Position numbers and translations under genes: made by a program
Source of the DNA: an uncultured Methanoregulaceae archaeon
Lineage (GTDB): Archaea; Halobacteriota; Methanomicrobia; Methanomicrobiales; Methanospirillaceae
DNA: 64,000 bases
Direction: 5' to 3'
Assembly (NCBI GenBank): GCA_963841015.1
Contig: CAWJAX010000003.1
Coordinates: forward strand, 832,001 to 896,000
Notes under the pieces: model-generated
The model's input: only the letters and a program-made list of their open reading frames with translations
What the model was told of the DNA's origin: nothing
Database searches by the model: none
Shown: positions 20,815 to 31,013 of the stretch, in pieces
Position numbering within the stretch: position 1 is the first letter of the stretch
Layout: each line of letters starts with the position of its first letter

Positions 20815-21681
20815 ATGATTAGTGATTTCATATACAAATATTACATCGATCCCATCAGGATGGGACAACCCTATAACATAGTTGACACGCTCACCTATGC
20901 GTTAATACTGGTCCTGGGTGTATATTTGTTGTACCGCTGGATGTCGCAATCGACCTGGCTTTCTGATATCGGATTTAAAATTGATGCCAGATTTATCCTT
21001 GCCACGCTCCCCTATGTGGTTCTTGGAGGGCTGTTGCGTGTTGTGCAGGATACCGGCATGATTACGGGTGATTTCCAGTTTTTACTTGTGACACCGCTCA
21101 TCTATTTCGTGCTCTTTTTTTTTACCATCAGTATGCTGTTTCTCTCCCGCTACCTTACTCTTCAGGGATTTACGAAGAGTTTTCTCACATTTTATACTTT
21201 CGCCGGTATTATGTCAGCATTTGTCGTTTTACTCGTCCTTTTTGCATGGGGTATCAACTATGCCCATGTTGACCTCTTTATCCTCGCGATTATCCCCCTA
21301 ATGGCTCTTACCGCAACCTTCCTGGTCTGGGCATGTATGCGCTATCTCCTCCGGTGGGAATACGTCACTGACCCCCTGTACCTGATACTTATTTTCGGTC
21401 AGCTGCTGGATGCAAGTGCAACGAGTTACGGCATAGACCTTCACCCGTCAGTCCGGTATATCGAACAACATGTTGTCGGTTCTGGTCTTATTGAGCTGAC
21501 CCATACCGCATTTGTAATGTTCCCGTTAAAACTGGTCGTGCTCTTCCCGGCAATCTATATCATGGAGCTCTACCGTAAAGAGGCAAATCCCGCGTTCTGG
21601 CATCTTGTGCTGCTCGCCATGATTGTAGTGGGGCTTGCACCGGGGATCCGTGATATGATGCGGATGGTACTCTATGTCTAA
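20815..21681 (+). CDS. DUF63 family membrane protein
   Basis: YN.VDT.TY, LRV..D, GQLLDASAT, Y.EQHV, GLAPG.RD motifs; multi-TM. Confidence 0.82.
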   Translation: MISDFIYKYYIDPIRMGQPYNIVDTLTYALILVLGVYLLYRWMSQSTWLSDIGFKIDARFILATLPYVVLGGLLRVVQDTGMITGDFQFLLVTPLIYFVLFFFTISMLFLSRYLTLQGFTKSFLTFYTFAGIMSAFVVLLVLFAWGINYAHVDLFILAIIPLMALTATFLVWACMRYLLRWEYVTDPLYLILIFGQLLDASATSYGIDLHPSVRYIEQHVVGSGLIELTHTAFVMFPLKLVVLFPAIYIMELYRKEANPAFWHLVLLAMIVVGLAPGIRDMMRMVLYV

Positions 21682-22240
21682 TTCCCCGTTGACAAATGCA
21701 ATAATTGTAATACTCCTTCTTTTTTGCGCTACGATAACGGTAGGCTGGGTCGGAACAATGCAAAATCCGGTTATCGGTGAAAACCTGATGAAACTATTTG
21801 AAAAAGAGGTCGCAGGTCAGATATTGGGGAAAGATTCCGCGGATATCTTTGTCAAGCTCTTCTTTAACAATCTTGAGGCATGTATCCTGCTCTTTTTAGG
21901 TGGGGCATCGTTTGCAATTCTTACGATATTCATCATAACCCTGAATGGTATTCTCATTGGAGCAATCATGGAGATCGTACATAAAGATCACTCTGTCGCA
22001 TTTGTTGCCGCTGCAATCCTGCCCCACGGTATTTTCGAGATTCCTGCTTTTATCATTTCAGGAGCGATCGGCATCCTGCTCGCTCAATCCCTTATCAACG
22101 AGTGGTATAACGGAACGGATACTGCAGAAGATGCAAAGAAATTCGCCAGGATATTCGTCCTGTACGTAATACCGCTTGTAGCAATCGCGGCCTTTATCGA
22201 GGCTTTTATTACACCAATAATCATACATTTAGTAGTTTAA
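21674..22240 (+). CDS. SpoIIM/DUF95 family membrane protein
   Basis: FFNN, NG..IG, ILPHGIFEIPA, AA.IEAFIT motifs. Confidence 0.88.
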   Translation: MSNSPLTNAIIVILLLFCATITVGWVGTMQNPVIGENLMKLFEKEVAGQILGKDSADIFVKLFFNNLEACILLFLGGASFAILTIFIITLNGILIGAIMEIVHKDHSVAFVAAAILPHGIFEIPAFIISGAIGILLAQSLINEWYNGTDTAEDAKKFARIFVLYVIPLVAIAAFIEAFITPIIIHLVV

Positions 22241-22252
22241 AGGATCTGATTC

Positions 22253-23689
22253 ATGGATGATGATGCGGGCGCCCTGCCGTTAAAAGAAGATTTTTCTGCA
22301 TGGTATAATGATTTGTTATGGCGGGCAGAGATCATGGATGTCCGCTATCCGGTCAAGGGACTGTATGTCTGGTTTCCTTATGGTTTTGCCCTTCGCAAAT
22401 ACGTATACCAGAGACTACGGGATATTCTCGACCGTGACCACCAGGAAACCCTTTTTCCCCTTCTGATTCCTGAACAGGAATTTATGAAGGAAGCCGAACA
22501 TATCAAGGGATTTGAGGAGGAAGTCTACTGGGTGACGCATGGCGGTACAACACCTCTCGAGGTAAAACTGGCACTGCGTCCAACAAGTGAGACCGCTATC
22601 TATCCTATGTATGCACTCTGGATCCGGTCGCATGCTGATTTGCCTATTAAATATTACCAGATTGTAAACACGTTCCGGTACGAAACGAAACAGACCCGTC
22701 CACTGATACGTTTGAGGGAAATCACATCATTTAAAGAAGCTCATACAGTACATGCGACCTGGGAAGAGGCAGAAGAACAAGTTGAGGATGCAATCCGGCT
22801 CTACCGTGAATTCTATGACGGGCTCTGCATCCCGACACTCGTATCAAAACGCCCGGACTGGGACAAGTTCCCCGGCGCTGATTACACAATAGCGGTTGAT
22901 GCAATAATGCCAAATGGCAAGACACTCCAGATCGGCACCGTGCACCATCTTGGCGATCACTTTTCCCGGACATTCAACATTACCTACGAGGATAAAAACG
23001 GTGAGCAGAAGCTCGCACAGCAGACCTGTTACGGTATATCAGAGCGCTCAATTGCAGCCCTGATCAGCATACATGGCGATGACAAAGGCCTCATCCTCCC
23101 CCCGGCAGTTGCCACACTCCAGGCAGTGATTGTCCCTATTACTATCGGAAAACGCCATGCGGATGTGATGGCTGCAGCGCAGAAACTGAAAACAGACCTC
23201 ACCGCTGCGGGCTTCCGGGTGAAACTTGACACCCGTGATATGCGACCCGGGGCGAAATACTACTGGTGGGAACTTCGTGGTGTCCCGCTCCGGCTTGAGC
23301 TGGGGCCAAGGGACCTTGATGCAGGAAAAGTGATGGCAGTGAAGCGTACCGGTGAGAAAACGTCCATTGATCTTGCTTCGGTTATAGCAGGAGTGACCAA
23401 GGTGTTTGAAGAGATCACCGATACAATTCGTGCCGTTGCGGAAGAAAATATGAAAGCACATCTCTGTGCTGTTGGATCTCTGGATAATCTCAATACAACA
23501 CTTGACGAGGGCAAAGTTGCGGTGATCCACTGGTGTCAGCAAAAGGGGTGTGGAGACGCTGTTGAAACACAGACAAACGCGAGTATTCTTGGGACCGAGG
23601 TACGTTCACCGTATGTTCCCGCCGTATCTGGGATCTGTATAATATGCGGGAAACCAGGGAAACCGACACTGGTTGGAAGAGCGTACTGA
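22253..23689 (+). CDS. proS: Proline--tRNA ligase (archaeal/eukaryal type)
   Basis: [34 protein letters not shown] motifs and C-terminal GRAY. Confidence 0.97.
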   Translation: MDDDAGALPLKEDFSAWYNDLLWRAEIMDVRYPVKGLYVWFPYGFALRKYVYQRLRDILDRDHQETLFPLLIPEQEFMKEAEHIKGFEEEVYWVTHGGTTPLEVKLALRPTSETAIYPMYALWIRSHADLPIKYYQIVNTFRYETKQTRPLIRLREITSFKEAHTVHATWEEAEEQVEDAIRLYREFYDGLCIPTLVSKRPDWDKFPGADYTIAVDAIMPNGKTLQIGTVHHLGDHFSRTFNITYEDKNGEQKLAQQTCYGISERSIAALISIHGDDKGLILPPAVATLQAVIVPITIGKRHADVMAAAQKLKTDLTAAGFRVKLDTRDMRPGAKYYWWELRGVPLRLELGPRDLDAGKVMAVKRTGEKTSIDLASVIAGVTKVFEEITDTIRAVAEENMKAHLCAVGSLDNLNTTLDEGKVAVIHWCQQKGCGDAVETQTNASILGTEVRSPYVPAVSGICIICGKPGKPTLVGRAY

Positions 23690-23848
23690 ATTGAAAGGCC
23701 GGAATGTTTGTCATCCTTTTTCACTTCTTTTTTTTACCGGCATTAATAACCACGAGAAAAAACCTATTCCTGATGCCGGACACAATTTTTTCCCCGTTCT
23801 TTTTTTACTGGAAAAGAACATATTACTAGACTATCAGAGGCGGCAATA

Positions 23849-25189
23849 GTGAATAAAAATCCAAAAGACACAGGCCCGATATATCTCCCGGAACGGTACA
23901 AGCAGAAGATTGAAGCAAAGAAGCGATGGCGCCTTATTAAAAATATCGTTGTAATCTGTACAATTGTCGCAATAAGTAGTGTGTTATTTCTGATATTGAG
24001 TGGAGCACTATCAAATTCACTGAACCAACCCCCGCTCGAAATTCCCGGGTCACTGGTATCCGTCCCGGAAATTACCCCGACAACTCTCCCCGTTGAGTCC
24101 GTTATACGTCTGGCACAGAACACGACCGCTATGAGACCTGGCGACACCACGGAAAACAAGGGAGGGACAACGCAATCAATCCACGATATGCAGTCCCAGA
24201 ATAATGCAACTGCTTATCTTCGGCAGGATTATCCGGAATCCGATTATACTCTCATCAGCGTTAATGTAACGGATTTGTATGCAGACCGTACCTTGTATGA
24301 GTATAAAATAAAACAGATAACTGCCGCACCGGATAGTGCAGGATTTTCGGTGTTCATTGATCCCAGAACGGGCGATTTCTTTACGCCGGGACAGGAAAAA
24401 GCCAAAATTACTGCTGACAGGGCAGAATATCTTGTAACAGAAGCGTTTCCACTGCTTCATTCAGAAAGGGTCTGGGTGAGATACAACAACAGTCCGGATT
24501 CTGCACGGGCATGGGAATTTACCAAGTACCGGGATAATTCGATAATCCTCACCGGAGCAATGGACCCGGAGACCGGCCAGATATTTTCATTCACCCGCAG
24601 CATACCATGGACGGGGCGACAGACCGATCCAATACTTGATGTGAATGCGGCACAAAAAATTGCAGATCGCTACATTTCTGATAAGAACAGGGCTTCACTT
24701 ACCCTTAACATGAGTGAGGTACGGTATAACCCGCTGCAATTTCCCCAGAAAACGGTTGCCGGGCTTTACGTTTTTGTCTACAACAGACTGGTTCAGGACA
24801 TTCCCTGTGATACGGAAGGATTCACCATTTCAGTGGATTCACTTACCGGGGAGATCAGTGGATATGACCGCCGCTGGAACATACCGGATAGTGCCTTTTC
24901 CCTGGCCACTGATCCCCTTATAACACGGACCGGAGCAACGTTTGTAGTGTTGAAAAAGGCTCAGGAAACGTACCCGACAGCAGTGGACGGACTTGCCATT
25001 ATCTCTGCTGAAATCAGATGGAAAGACTACCCACCTCAAGGCAGCACTCCCCGCCCGGGAAGTATTCCCCTTGCCTGGAAAATACTATTTTCCGATGAGG
25101 TCATCCGTGCAAAACCGTTGTCTTCACCCGCGGTAGCCTGGGTCGATGTGCAGACGGGGAAAATCCTCGACTTTTATTACGAACACTGA
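23849..25189 (+). CDS. Membrane-anchored extracellular protein with PepSY/YcdB-YcdC-like repeats
   Basis: One N-terminal TM; repeated (I/V/M)D..TG.(F/I) hairpin motifs (IDPRTGDF, MDPETGQI, VDSLTGEI, VDVQTGKI). Confidence 0.6.
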   Translation: MNKNPKDTGPIYLPERYKQKIEAKKRWRLIKNIVVICTIVAISSVLFLILSGALSNSLNQPPLEIPGSLVSVPEITPTTLPVESVIRLAQNTTAMRPGDTTENKGGTTQSIHDMQSQNNATAYLRQDYPESDYTLISVNVTDLYADRTLYEYKIKQITAAPDSAGFSVFIDPRTGDFFTPGQEKAKITADRAEYLVTEAFPLLHSERVWVRYNNSPDSARAWEFTKYRDNSIILTGAMDPETGQIFSFTRSIPWTGRQTDPILDVNAAQKIADRYISDKNRASLTLNMSEVRYNPLQFPQKTVAGLYVFVYNRLVQDIPCDTEGFTISVDSLTGEISGYDRRWNIPDSAFSLATDPLITRTGATFVVLKKAQETYPTAVDGLAIISAEIRWKDYPPQGSTPRPGSIPLAWKILFSDEVIRAKPLSSPAVAWVDVQTGKILDFYYEH

Positions 25190-25280
25190 TCTTTTTATAG
25201 ATCTGTTAATCTTTTTAGTTACCTTAAATTTCAGAGAGTTACATACCATTGCATCGGCTCACAAAAAATGAGTAATTATT

Positions 25281-25725
25281 GGCTCTTTGAGAAACAGACA
25301 TGAATCGTGGTGCTTCACTCCCGAACCATGAAAATCTTAATATTTTCGATGGAAAACCGCTTCAGCGCCTCTCCGAGGCACAGCGGGCAGGGTTTTTTTG
25401 AATTGTTTGTTCCTGATCCGCCGTGGGGGGCGACCGTTTCCGGGCCGGCGGCGATTATCGTACATGGAGGCGTGTGAAAAAAATCTCGTATCATAACTGA
25501 ATAGTTCAATTTTCAGGGGAATTCCTCATTTATACAAGGAAATAAAATATCAGGGCCTGCAACGATGAAAAAGGGCATACTGCCTGACACCTCAAACCAT
25601 AACAGCACTCAGGAGCGAGGCTGATGTCTTATCTGTTTGGGGAGTATCGCATCTGATGGGAACTACCATGGCGAACCGAAACCACTGTTCGAATGGAGCA
25701 GGTTATTGAGCATTTCTCTCGACCC
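25281..25725 (+). mobile_element. MITE copy 2 (~445 bp), ISL3-like ends
   Basis: Aligns end to end with 34357-34795. Left end GGCTCTTTGAGAAA, right end TTTCTCTCGACCC. Flanks TAATTATT / TGATTCTT match at 6/8. Confidence 0.8.
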
Positions 25726-25856
25726 TGATTCTTAAAAGGGGACTAAGGTACTATCTCTAATCCCGCAGGAGAAGGATCTGATTCGGAACTGCCATTTCCT
25801 CTCCATCGTCACATTCACCATTTAACCAGCATCGTTAAAAAAAAATTGTGCAAAGA

Positions 25857-26312
25857 TCAGCACCGTTCGCATGCATATTCAACCACAAGTCGTGTATGGC
25901 GCATGTCGCCGCGGATTGACTTTTTTCCTCCACGGAAGAATAATTTTTGGCACTTTACACAGTGCTTGGGTTTGATCTGGTCCCAGGAATTCATCGGGAT
26001 CTCAAGGGTGAACTCTGTTTTTGTCCACTCTTCAGGGGGCTTCTCCGCATTCTGTTCATAGGTTGCAACAAATTCCATAATCTGGTGGGGAGGGACACCC
26101 AGATCGACAAATTTTTTAAAGACAAAATAATTGAAGATCAGCCAGGAGAGATCCGAACGATCGAGGATTCCTTCATACTCTCCGAACGACTCATCAAAAT
26201 CCTCAAGTGAGCACCCACAAAGCGGGCATTTTCCACCAACAAGCTCGTCGAGAAAAACCTCTTCCTGGCACCCGGGACATGTTGTGTGCGGGGATTGCAT
26301 GCGTGATGTCAT
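25857..26312 (-). CDS. Hypothetical protein with two putative Zn-ribbons
   Basis: CPGC...CPLC at the N-terminus and CVKC...CERC at the C-terminus; AGGAG upstream of the start. Confidence 0.7.
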   Translation of the reverse strand: MTSRMQSPHTTCPGCQEEVFLDELVGGKCPLCGCSLEDFDESFGEYEGILDRSDLSWLIFNYFVFKKFVDLGVPPHQIMEFVATYEQNAEKPPEEWTKTEFTLEIPMNSWDQIKPKHCVKCQKLFFRGGKKSIRGDMRHTRLVVEYACERC

Positions 26313-26473
26313 TCGTATCTCCTGAAGTGTGAAAGATTAGGGATATTCATCGGTAGTTTTCGTAAAACTGTTACAGCAGTAGTAATTGGTGCTAGTATTG
26401 ATCGGGTCTGCACATATAGGTATCACCATTGCATGTGCACCCCGATAAAAATTTTCTGGTCATCCTGGAAATA

Positions 26474-26782
26474 TTAGTCTGCGGAGGGTTCTTCAGGCTC
26501 CATAACCAGAGAACCGAAAATCACTTTTTCAAGAACCTGTGCAACGTACTTGATGTGCATAGCTTTTTCCAGATCTTCGTTACGGTGGACATCTGCATAC
26601 AGCTGGAGCCGCATCAGTGAGAACCGGAACCTGTCCAGGGTGTCATCATCAAGTTTCATAGCCTCACGGTAAATCGGTTCGAGCAGGTCGGGAAATGAGA
26701 GCGGATTTTCAAGGCAGGTAATAACGCCACGGTAAATCGGGAGTGGCAATTCCTTACCGGAGAGGATCCGCAGGAAATCCAT
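26474..26782 (-). CDS. Conserved hypothetical protein (~102 aa)
   Basis: ATG one base after the mrp stop; protein-like sequence MDFLRILSGKELPLPIYRG... Confidence 0.65.
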   Translation of the reverse strand: MDFLRILSGKELPLPIYRGVITCLENPLSFPDLLEPIYREAMKLDDDTLDRFRFSLMRLQLYADVHRNEDLEKAMHIKYVAQVLEKVIFGSLVMEPEEPSAD

Positions 26783-26783
26783 C

Positions 26784-27677
26784 TTATCCCTCAACAACTT
26801 CGATGAGTGCTTCCATAACCTTGTCAACAGCCGCCCAGGTAGGGCTGTCACCACGCCGTATAATAAACGGGCGTCCCTCATCCCCTGCTTTCCGCATCTC
26901 GATATCGATGGGAATTGCACCAAGGAATGGGACCGACAGTTCCTCTGCTATCTTATGGCCACCGCCCCTGCCAAAGAGATCGATCTCCTCTCCACAGTGG
27001 GGACAGACCATCCCGCTCATGTTTTCAATAATCCCCAGCACGGGAACATCAAGTTTCTGGATAAATTTCGCAGATTTCCGCGCATCAAGTGTCGCGACAT
27101 CCTGAGGTGTTGTGACGATTACTGCACCCCGGAGATTAGGCGCGAGCTGGGCGATCGTGAGTGCTTCATCACCGGTTCCCGGGGGGAGGTCCACAACCAG
27201 ATAATCCAGCGATCCCCAGTTCACCTCACTGAGGAACTGCTGGATGGCAGCCATTTTCATTGGGCCACGCCAGATGATCGGAGTGCTCGTGTCCGGCAGG
27301 AGGAACGCCATAGAGATGACGGATAACTTTCCGGTGATGTGCACGGGTTCAATCATTTCACCCATAATCGCAAGCTTGTGATCCTCAATACCCAGCATCT
27401 TGGGGATGTTGGGGCCATGCATGTCAAGGTCCAGAAGCCCGACTCTGAACCCATGGTTGGAGAGGGCATAGGCAAGGTTAACCGAGACCGTGGATTTACC
27501 AACACCACCTTTTCCCGAGAGAACCATTATGACATGCCTGACATCAAGCTTTGCTTTCGGGGGCAGACCTGCAGGCCCGCTCTTTGCTGATGAACAGGTT
27601 GTGGCAGTCGGGCAGCTCGAACACTCATTTGCGCATTCTTCATCAGATGTCTTTTTTTTTGTATCTTTTTTTGTCAT
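26784..27677 (-). CDS. mrp: Mrp/NBP35 (ApbC) Fe-S cluster carrier ATPase
   Basis: SGKGGVGKST, WRGP, DLPPGTGD, TTPQ, ENMS...CPHC motifs; N-terminal four-Cys motif. Confidence 0.93.
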   Translation of the reverse strand: MTKKDTKKKTSDEECANECSSCPTATTCSSAKSGPAGLPPKAKLDVRHVIMVLSGKGGVGKSTVSVNLAYALSNHGFRVGLLDLDMHGPNIPKMLGIEDHKLAIMGEMIEPVHITGKLSVISMAFLLPDTSTPIIWRGPMKMAAIQQFLSEVNWGSLDYLVVDLPPGTGDEALTIAQLAPNLRGAVIVTTPQDVATLDARKSAKFIQKLDVPVLGIIENMSGMVCPHCGEEIDLFGRGGGHKIAEELSVPFLGAIPIDIEMRKAGDEGRPFIIRRGDSPTWAAVDKVMEALIEVVEG

Positions 27678-27797
27678 GGATGCCTCTTGAAAAAAATATA
27701 GTTCTGTACTCTCATCAGTTATCTTTCGTATACAATAAAGATGTGGAGATGTCTGCAGGGAAAGAAAGGTAAATTTTCCTGTGTCTGATTCTGATAA

Positions 27798-28130
27798 ATG
27801 GAGCGCCTCAATATTTCACTGGATTTCCTTAAGTTCCCGCGAACAGTATGCCGGTGATGGCGAAAACCTCTCTCCGGGTCTCCCGCTCAGGGGATTGAAC
27901 GCGGCATCCGTCGCTACATCTCAGCTGTGCAGGGTATAACTGATTATGGGACTATCGGTTATGCAGGTCCCTGCCCCCCGCAAGGTCAGATGATCCAATA
28001 CCAGTTCAAGGTATATTGACTCGACGCGATTCTCGACATCACTGCAGGGTCCAATAAACATGAGCTGGTATCTGCGATGAAAGGTCACGTGATCCGGTTT
28101 GGTGAAGCAATCGCGATTTACTCACGATAA
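27798..28130 (+). pseudogene. Degraded YbhB/YbcL (PEBP) paralog
   Basis: Fragments MERLNISLDFLKFP, YAGDGENLSP and IGYAGPCPPQGQMIQYQFKVY*LDA...MKGHVIRFGEA match the intact neighbour; frameshift, internal deletion and premature TGA. Confidence 0.8.
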
Positions 28131-28213
28131 TCGGCATTCCGATCGATTATGGTGACACACTACTTTTATTATGCACCCCGCATATCATGCATCGTAAAGG
28201 AGGGAAAAACAGT

Positions 28214-28675
28214 ATGGAAGTGCTTAACGTAAAAATTTCTGTAAAAATTCTCCCGGGCGATTACAGCTGTGATGGTCAGGACATATCACCGGAAATTGAT
28301 GTTGGAGGAGTGAACACAAAGATCTCAAAATCTCTGGCAATTATTGTTAACGATCCCGATGCTCCAGGGGGTGGGGGTTTTATTCACTGGATAGCATGGA
28401 ACATGGAACTGGTCAGGATGATCCCGGAAAACATCCCGAAAACGCCGGTTGTCACCTTCCCGCTCAAAGCGGTGCAGGGAAAAAACAGCTTCGGAAAGAT
28501 TGGATACAATGGTCCCTGCCCACCCCGTGGACAGACCCACCGGTACTTCTTTAAAGTCTACGGACTGGATACCAATCTTGATCTTGCCGCAGGAGCTGAA
28601 AAAGATCAGTTCTTCAGGGCAACGGAAGGACATGTCGTTCAGTATGGCGAGACGTTTGTTACGTACGGGCGATAA
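28214..28675 (+). CDS. YbhB/YbcL family PEBP (Raf kinase inhibitor-like) protein
   Basis: CDG.DISP, DPDAP, FIHW, GY.GPCPP.G..HRY.F..Y.LD motifs. Confidence 0.92.
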   Translation: MEVLNVKISVKILPGDYSCDGQDISPEIDVGGVNTKISKSLAIIVNDPDAPGGGGFIHWIAWNMELVRMIPENIPKTPVVTFPLKAVQGKNSFGKIGYNGPCPPRGQTHRYFFKVYGLDTNLDLAAGAEKDQFFRATEGHVVQYGETFVTYGR

Positions 28676-28840
28676 TTTATTCTTTTTTTTGATCCTGCAC
28701 AAAGACCAGGTATGCTTTTTGTCACCTACTCAGAAATTGATGAGATATTCGAATATCATCGATCACGCAGCCAGGAGCATGATTATTGCGGTTTATCAAT
28801 GAGGGAAATTGTTATTAACCCATATCCGCTATCATGTTGT

Positions 28841-29326
28841 ATGCTGCAAAAAGGTCCGTGTATAAAGGCAGTTATTTTCCTGTCATTTCTCCTGATCTGC
28901 ATTGTTCCCGTTGTTGCACAAGATGTCCCGTACAGGTTCACCGTCTCTCCCGTGTCTGCTGAAGGGAGACCCGGAGATACCATTACGTATTCCATCGCCA
29001 TCACTGCTGATCCGGGATTTAAAAATCCGATTGATTTCACCATGGATGTCAGCTCAATGGGGTATAGTAAGAACTTTGTTCTTGGAACCTATGAGGGGCC
29101 GTATCCCAGATCATCTACCTACGTTCTGACCATCCCCCAGAATGTTCCAACCGGAGTGACTGCCGATGTTACAATAAACGGCAGAAGCGGAGGATACCTC
29201 CAGCAACAGAGTCTCAAACTCAAAATTAAAGGATCGGGAGGGCCAATAGAGGATATCACCAGCATCATAACCGATCTTATCAACACAGCTTTGAAGGAAA
29301 TAGCCCGCCTGACCGGAGGAAAATAA
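28841..29326 (+). CDS. Secreted hypothetical protein, single Ig-like/beta-sandwich domain
   Basis: Signal peptide (VIFLSFLLICIVPVVAQ) followed by beta-rich PGDTITYSIAI...; start codon uncertain. Confidence 0.6.
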   Translation: MLQKGPCIKAVIFLSFLLICIVPVVAQDVPYRFTVSPVSAEGRPGDTITYSIAITADPGFKNPIDFTMDVSSMGYSKNFVLGTYEGPYPRSSTYVLTIPQNVPTGVTADVTINGRSGGYLQQQSLKLKIKGSGGPIEDITSIITDLINTALKEIARLTGGK

Positions 29327-29556
29327 TCCACAACATCGCAATTTTTCTCCCCGTTTACAAAACCAATTTCTGAGTCGGGCATCCCCGCCCTGTTGTGAAC
29401 CTATTCAGGAGATTACACCGGTTGAAAGTTCGCACCGGTTATTCACTTTCATTCCCAAAGAACTGACAGCAGGAGATTTTCTTAATTCCCGAATACAACC
29501 ACTGCTCCTTTTTATATTACGGTACAATTAAACTACATAAGGAAGATGTCCTGTCA

Positions 29557-30747
29557 ATGAATCCCGTTCACGATCATAAACGTTCATTTGATCCCGGGCA
29601 GGAATCATCTATTCTGGCATATATCGCCAAGCGGGAATCACTTCTTTCACCTTTGGCCTCGATTAGTGCCGATGCTGTTCGGAGGCATAATCGAAAGCCT
29701 GAAGATATCCGTACCCCCTATTCCCGTGATACTGACCGTATTATCCACACGCGGGCGTACACCCGATACATAGACAAAACCCAGGTCTTTTCACTTGTAG
29801 ACAATGACCACATCACTCATCGCGTCATCCATGTCCAGCTCGTTTCCAAAATTGCAAGAACTATCGGGCGCTGCCTCCGCTTAAACGAGGATCTCATTGA
29901 GGCAATTGCCCTTGGCCATGATATAGGGCATATCCCGTACGGGCATTATGGGGAAACCTGCTTATCGGAGCTCTGCGAACGGTTCGGGATTGGAAAATTC
30001 TTCCACAACGTTCAGAGCGTGCAATTCCTCGACAGGATCGAAGACTGTGACCTGACCATGCAGGTGCTGGACGGAATACTCTGCCACAATGGGGAAACTG
30101 ATGATGTTAAAATTTCTCCTGAACCTTGTGCAACATGGCTGGCATTTGACAAAAAAGTGCAGGATAATGCAGATGGCAGACGCACAAAGGCTCCGATGAC
30201 CCTTGAAGGATGTGTTGTTAAGTTTGCCGACACCATCGCTTTCATCGGCAGGGATTTGCAGGACGCACGGGAGGTGGGGTTGATAGGAAGTTCAACACTC
30301 CTTCCTCAGGAATGCAGGGATACCCTCGGTGACTGCAACAGGGACATTATCAATACACTGATTTACGATTTGCTCGAAAACAGTGATACCGAGGATACGG
30401 GGTATATTTCGTACAGTCCTGAGGTAGAAGATGCACTTATTGCACTGCGCCAGTTTTCCCGGATTCATATCTATGAGAACAAAAAACTTACCACAGAGCG
30501 TGAAAAGGTCAGGCAGATGTATGCAACACTGTTTATAAATTACCTCGAAGATCTTGAAAAAAATACAAGGGATGCGGCAATTTTTACTGATTTTATTGAC
30601 ACAAGCTGGATCAGCCGGAATTACATTCAGTCTGCTACCTGCGCCGAGCTGGTCCGGGACTTTATCGCCGGGATGACCGACAGGTATTTTGCTAAACGCT
30701 ATGAGGAATGCGTAATTCCCCGCAGGGTAAATGGGAAATTCCGATAA
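29557..30747 (+). CDS. dgt: HD-domain dNTP triphosphohydrolase (dGTPase family)
   Basis: RD.DRIIH, KTQVF, T.R..H, HDIGH.PYGH.GE, HN.QS, AD.IA, DFIAGMTD.Y motifs. Confidence 0.9.
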   Translation: MNPVHDHKRSFDPGQESSILAYIAKRESLLSPLASISADAVRRHNRKPEDIRTPYSRDTDRIIHTRAYTRYIDKTQVFSLVDNDHITHRVIHVQLVSKIARTIGRCLRLNEDLIEAIALGHDIGHIPYGHYGETCLSELCERFGIGKFFHNVQSVQFLDRIEDCDLTMQVLDGILCHNGETDDVKISPEPCATWLAFDKKVQDNADGRRTKAPMTLEGCVVKFADTIAFIGRDLQDAREVGLIGSSTLLPQECRDTLGDCNRDIINTLIYDLLENSDTEDTGYISYSPEVEDALIALRQFSRIHIYENKKLTTEREKVRQMYATLFINYLEDLEKNTRDAAIFTDFIDTSWISRNYIQSATCAELVRDFIAGMTDRYFAKRYEECVIPRRVNGKFR

Positions 30748-31013
30748 AAACCCGGATACATACACTCACTCATACTTTCCCTTTAGGCCAGCCCAGCCGG
30801 TAAATCCGCAGTATATGCACCCAATGCCTTCACAATAATGGCACTGCTGTTTAGGTGCGGTCACCAGTACGACTCCGGTTTTGTTGCAGTAGAGACACCC
30901 TATACCGCAACAGTGAGCACAGGTCGCGGATTCGTAGATTTTTTGTCTTTGTGTTATGGTAAGAATCCCCCTTTTGACATCATCTTATCCTCAATAATAA
31001 TCTGAAAACAGGG

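Noticed and set aside
25315-25509. Similar small ORFs MNYSVMIRDFF... and MNYSGIIRDFF... (34316-34585) as a peptide family
   Set aside because: The reading frames diverge at an A-tract indel while the DNA stays similar; they are by-products of the MITE.
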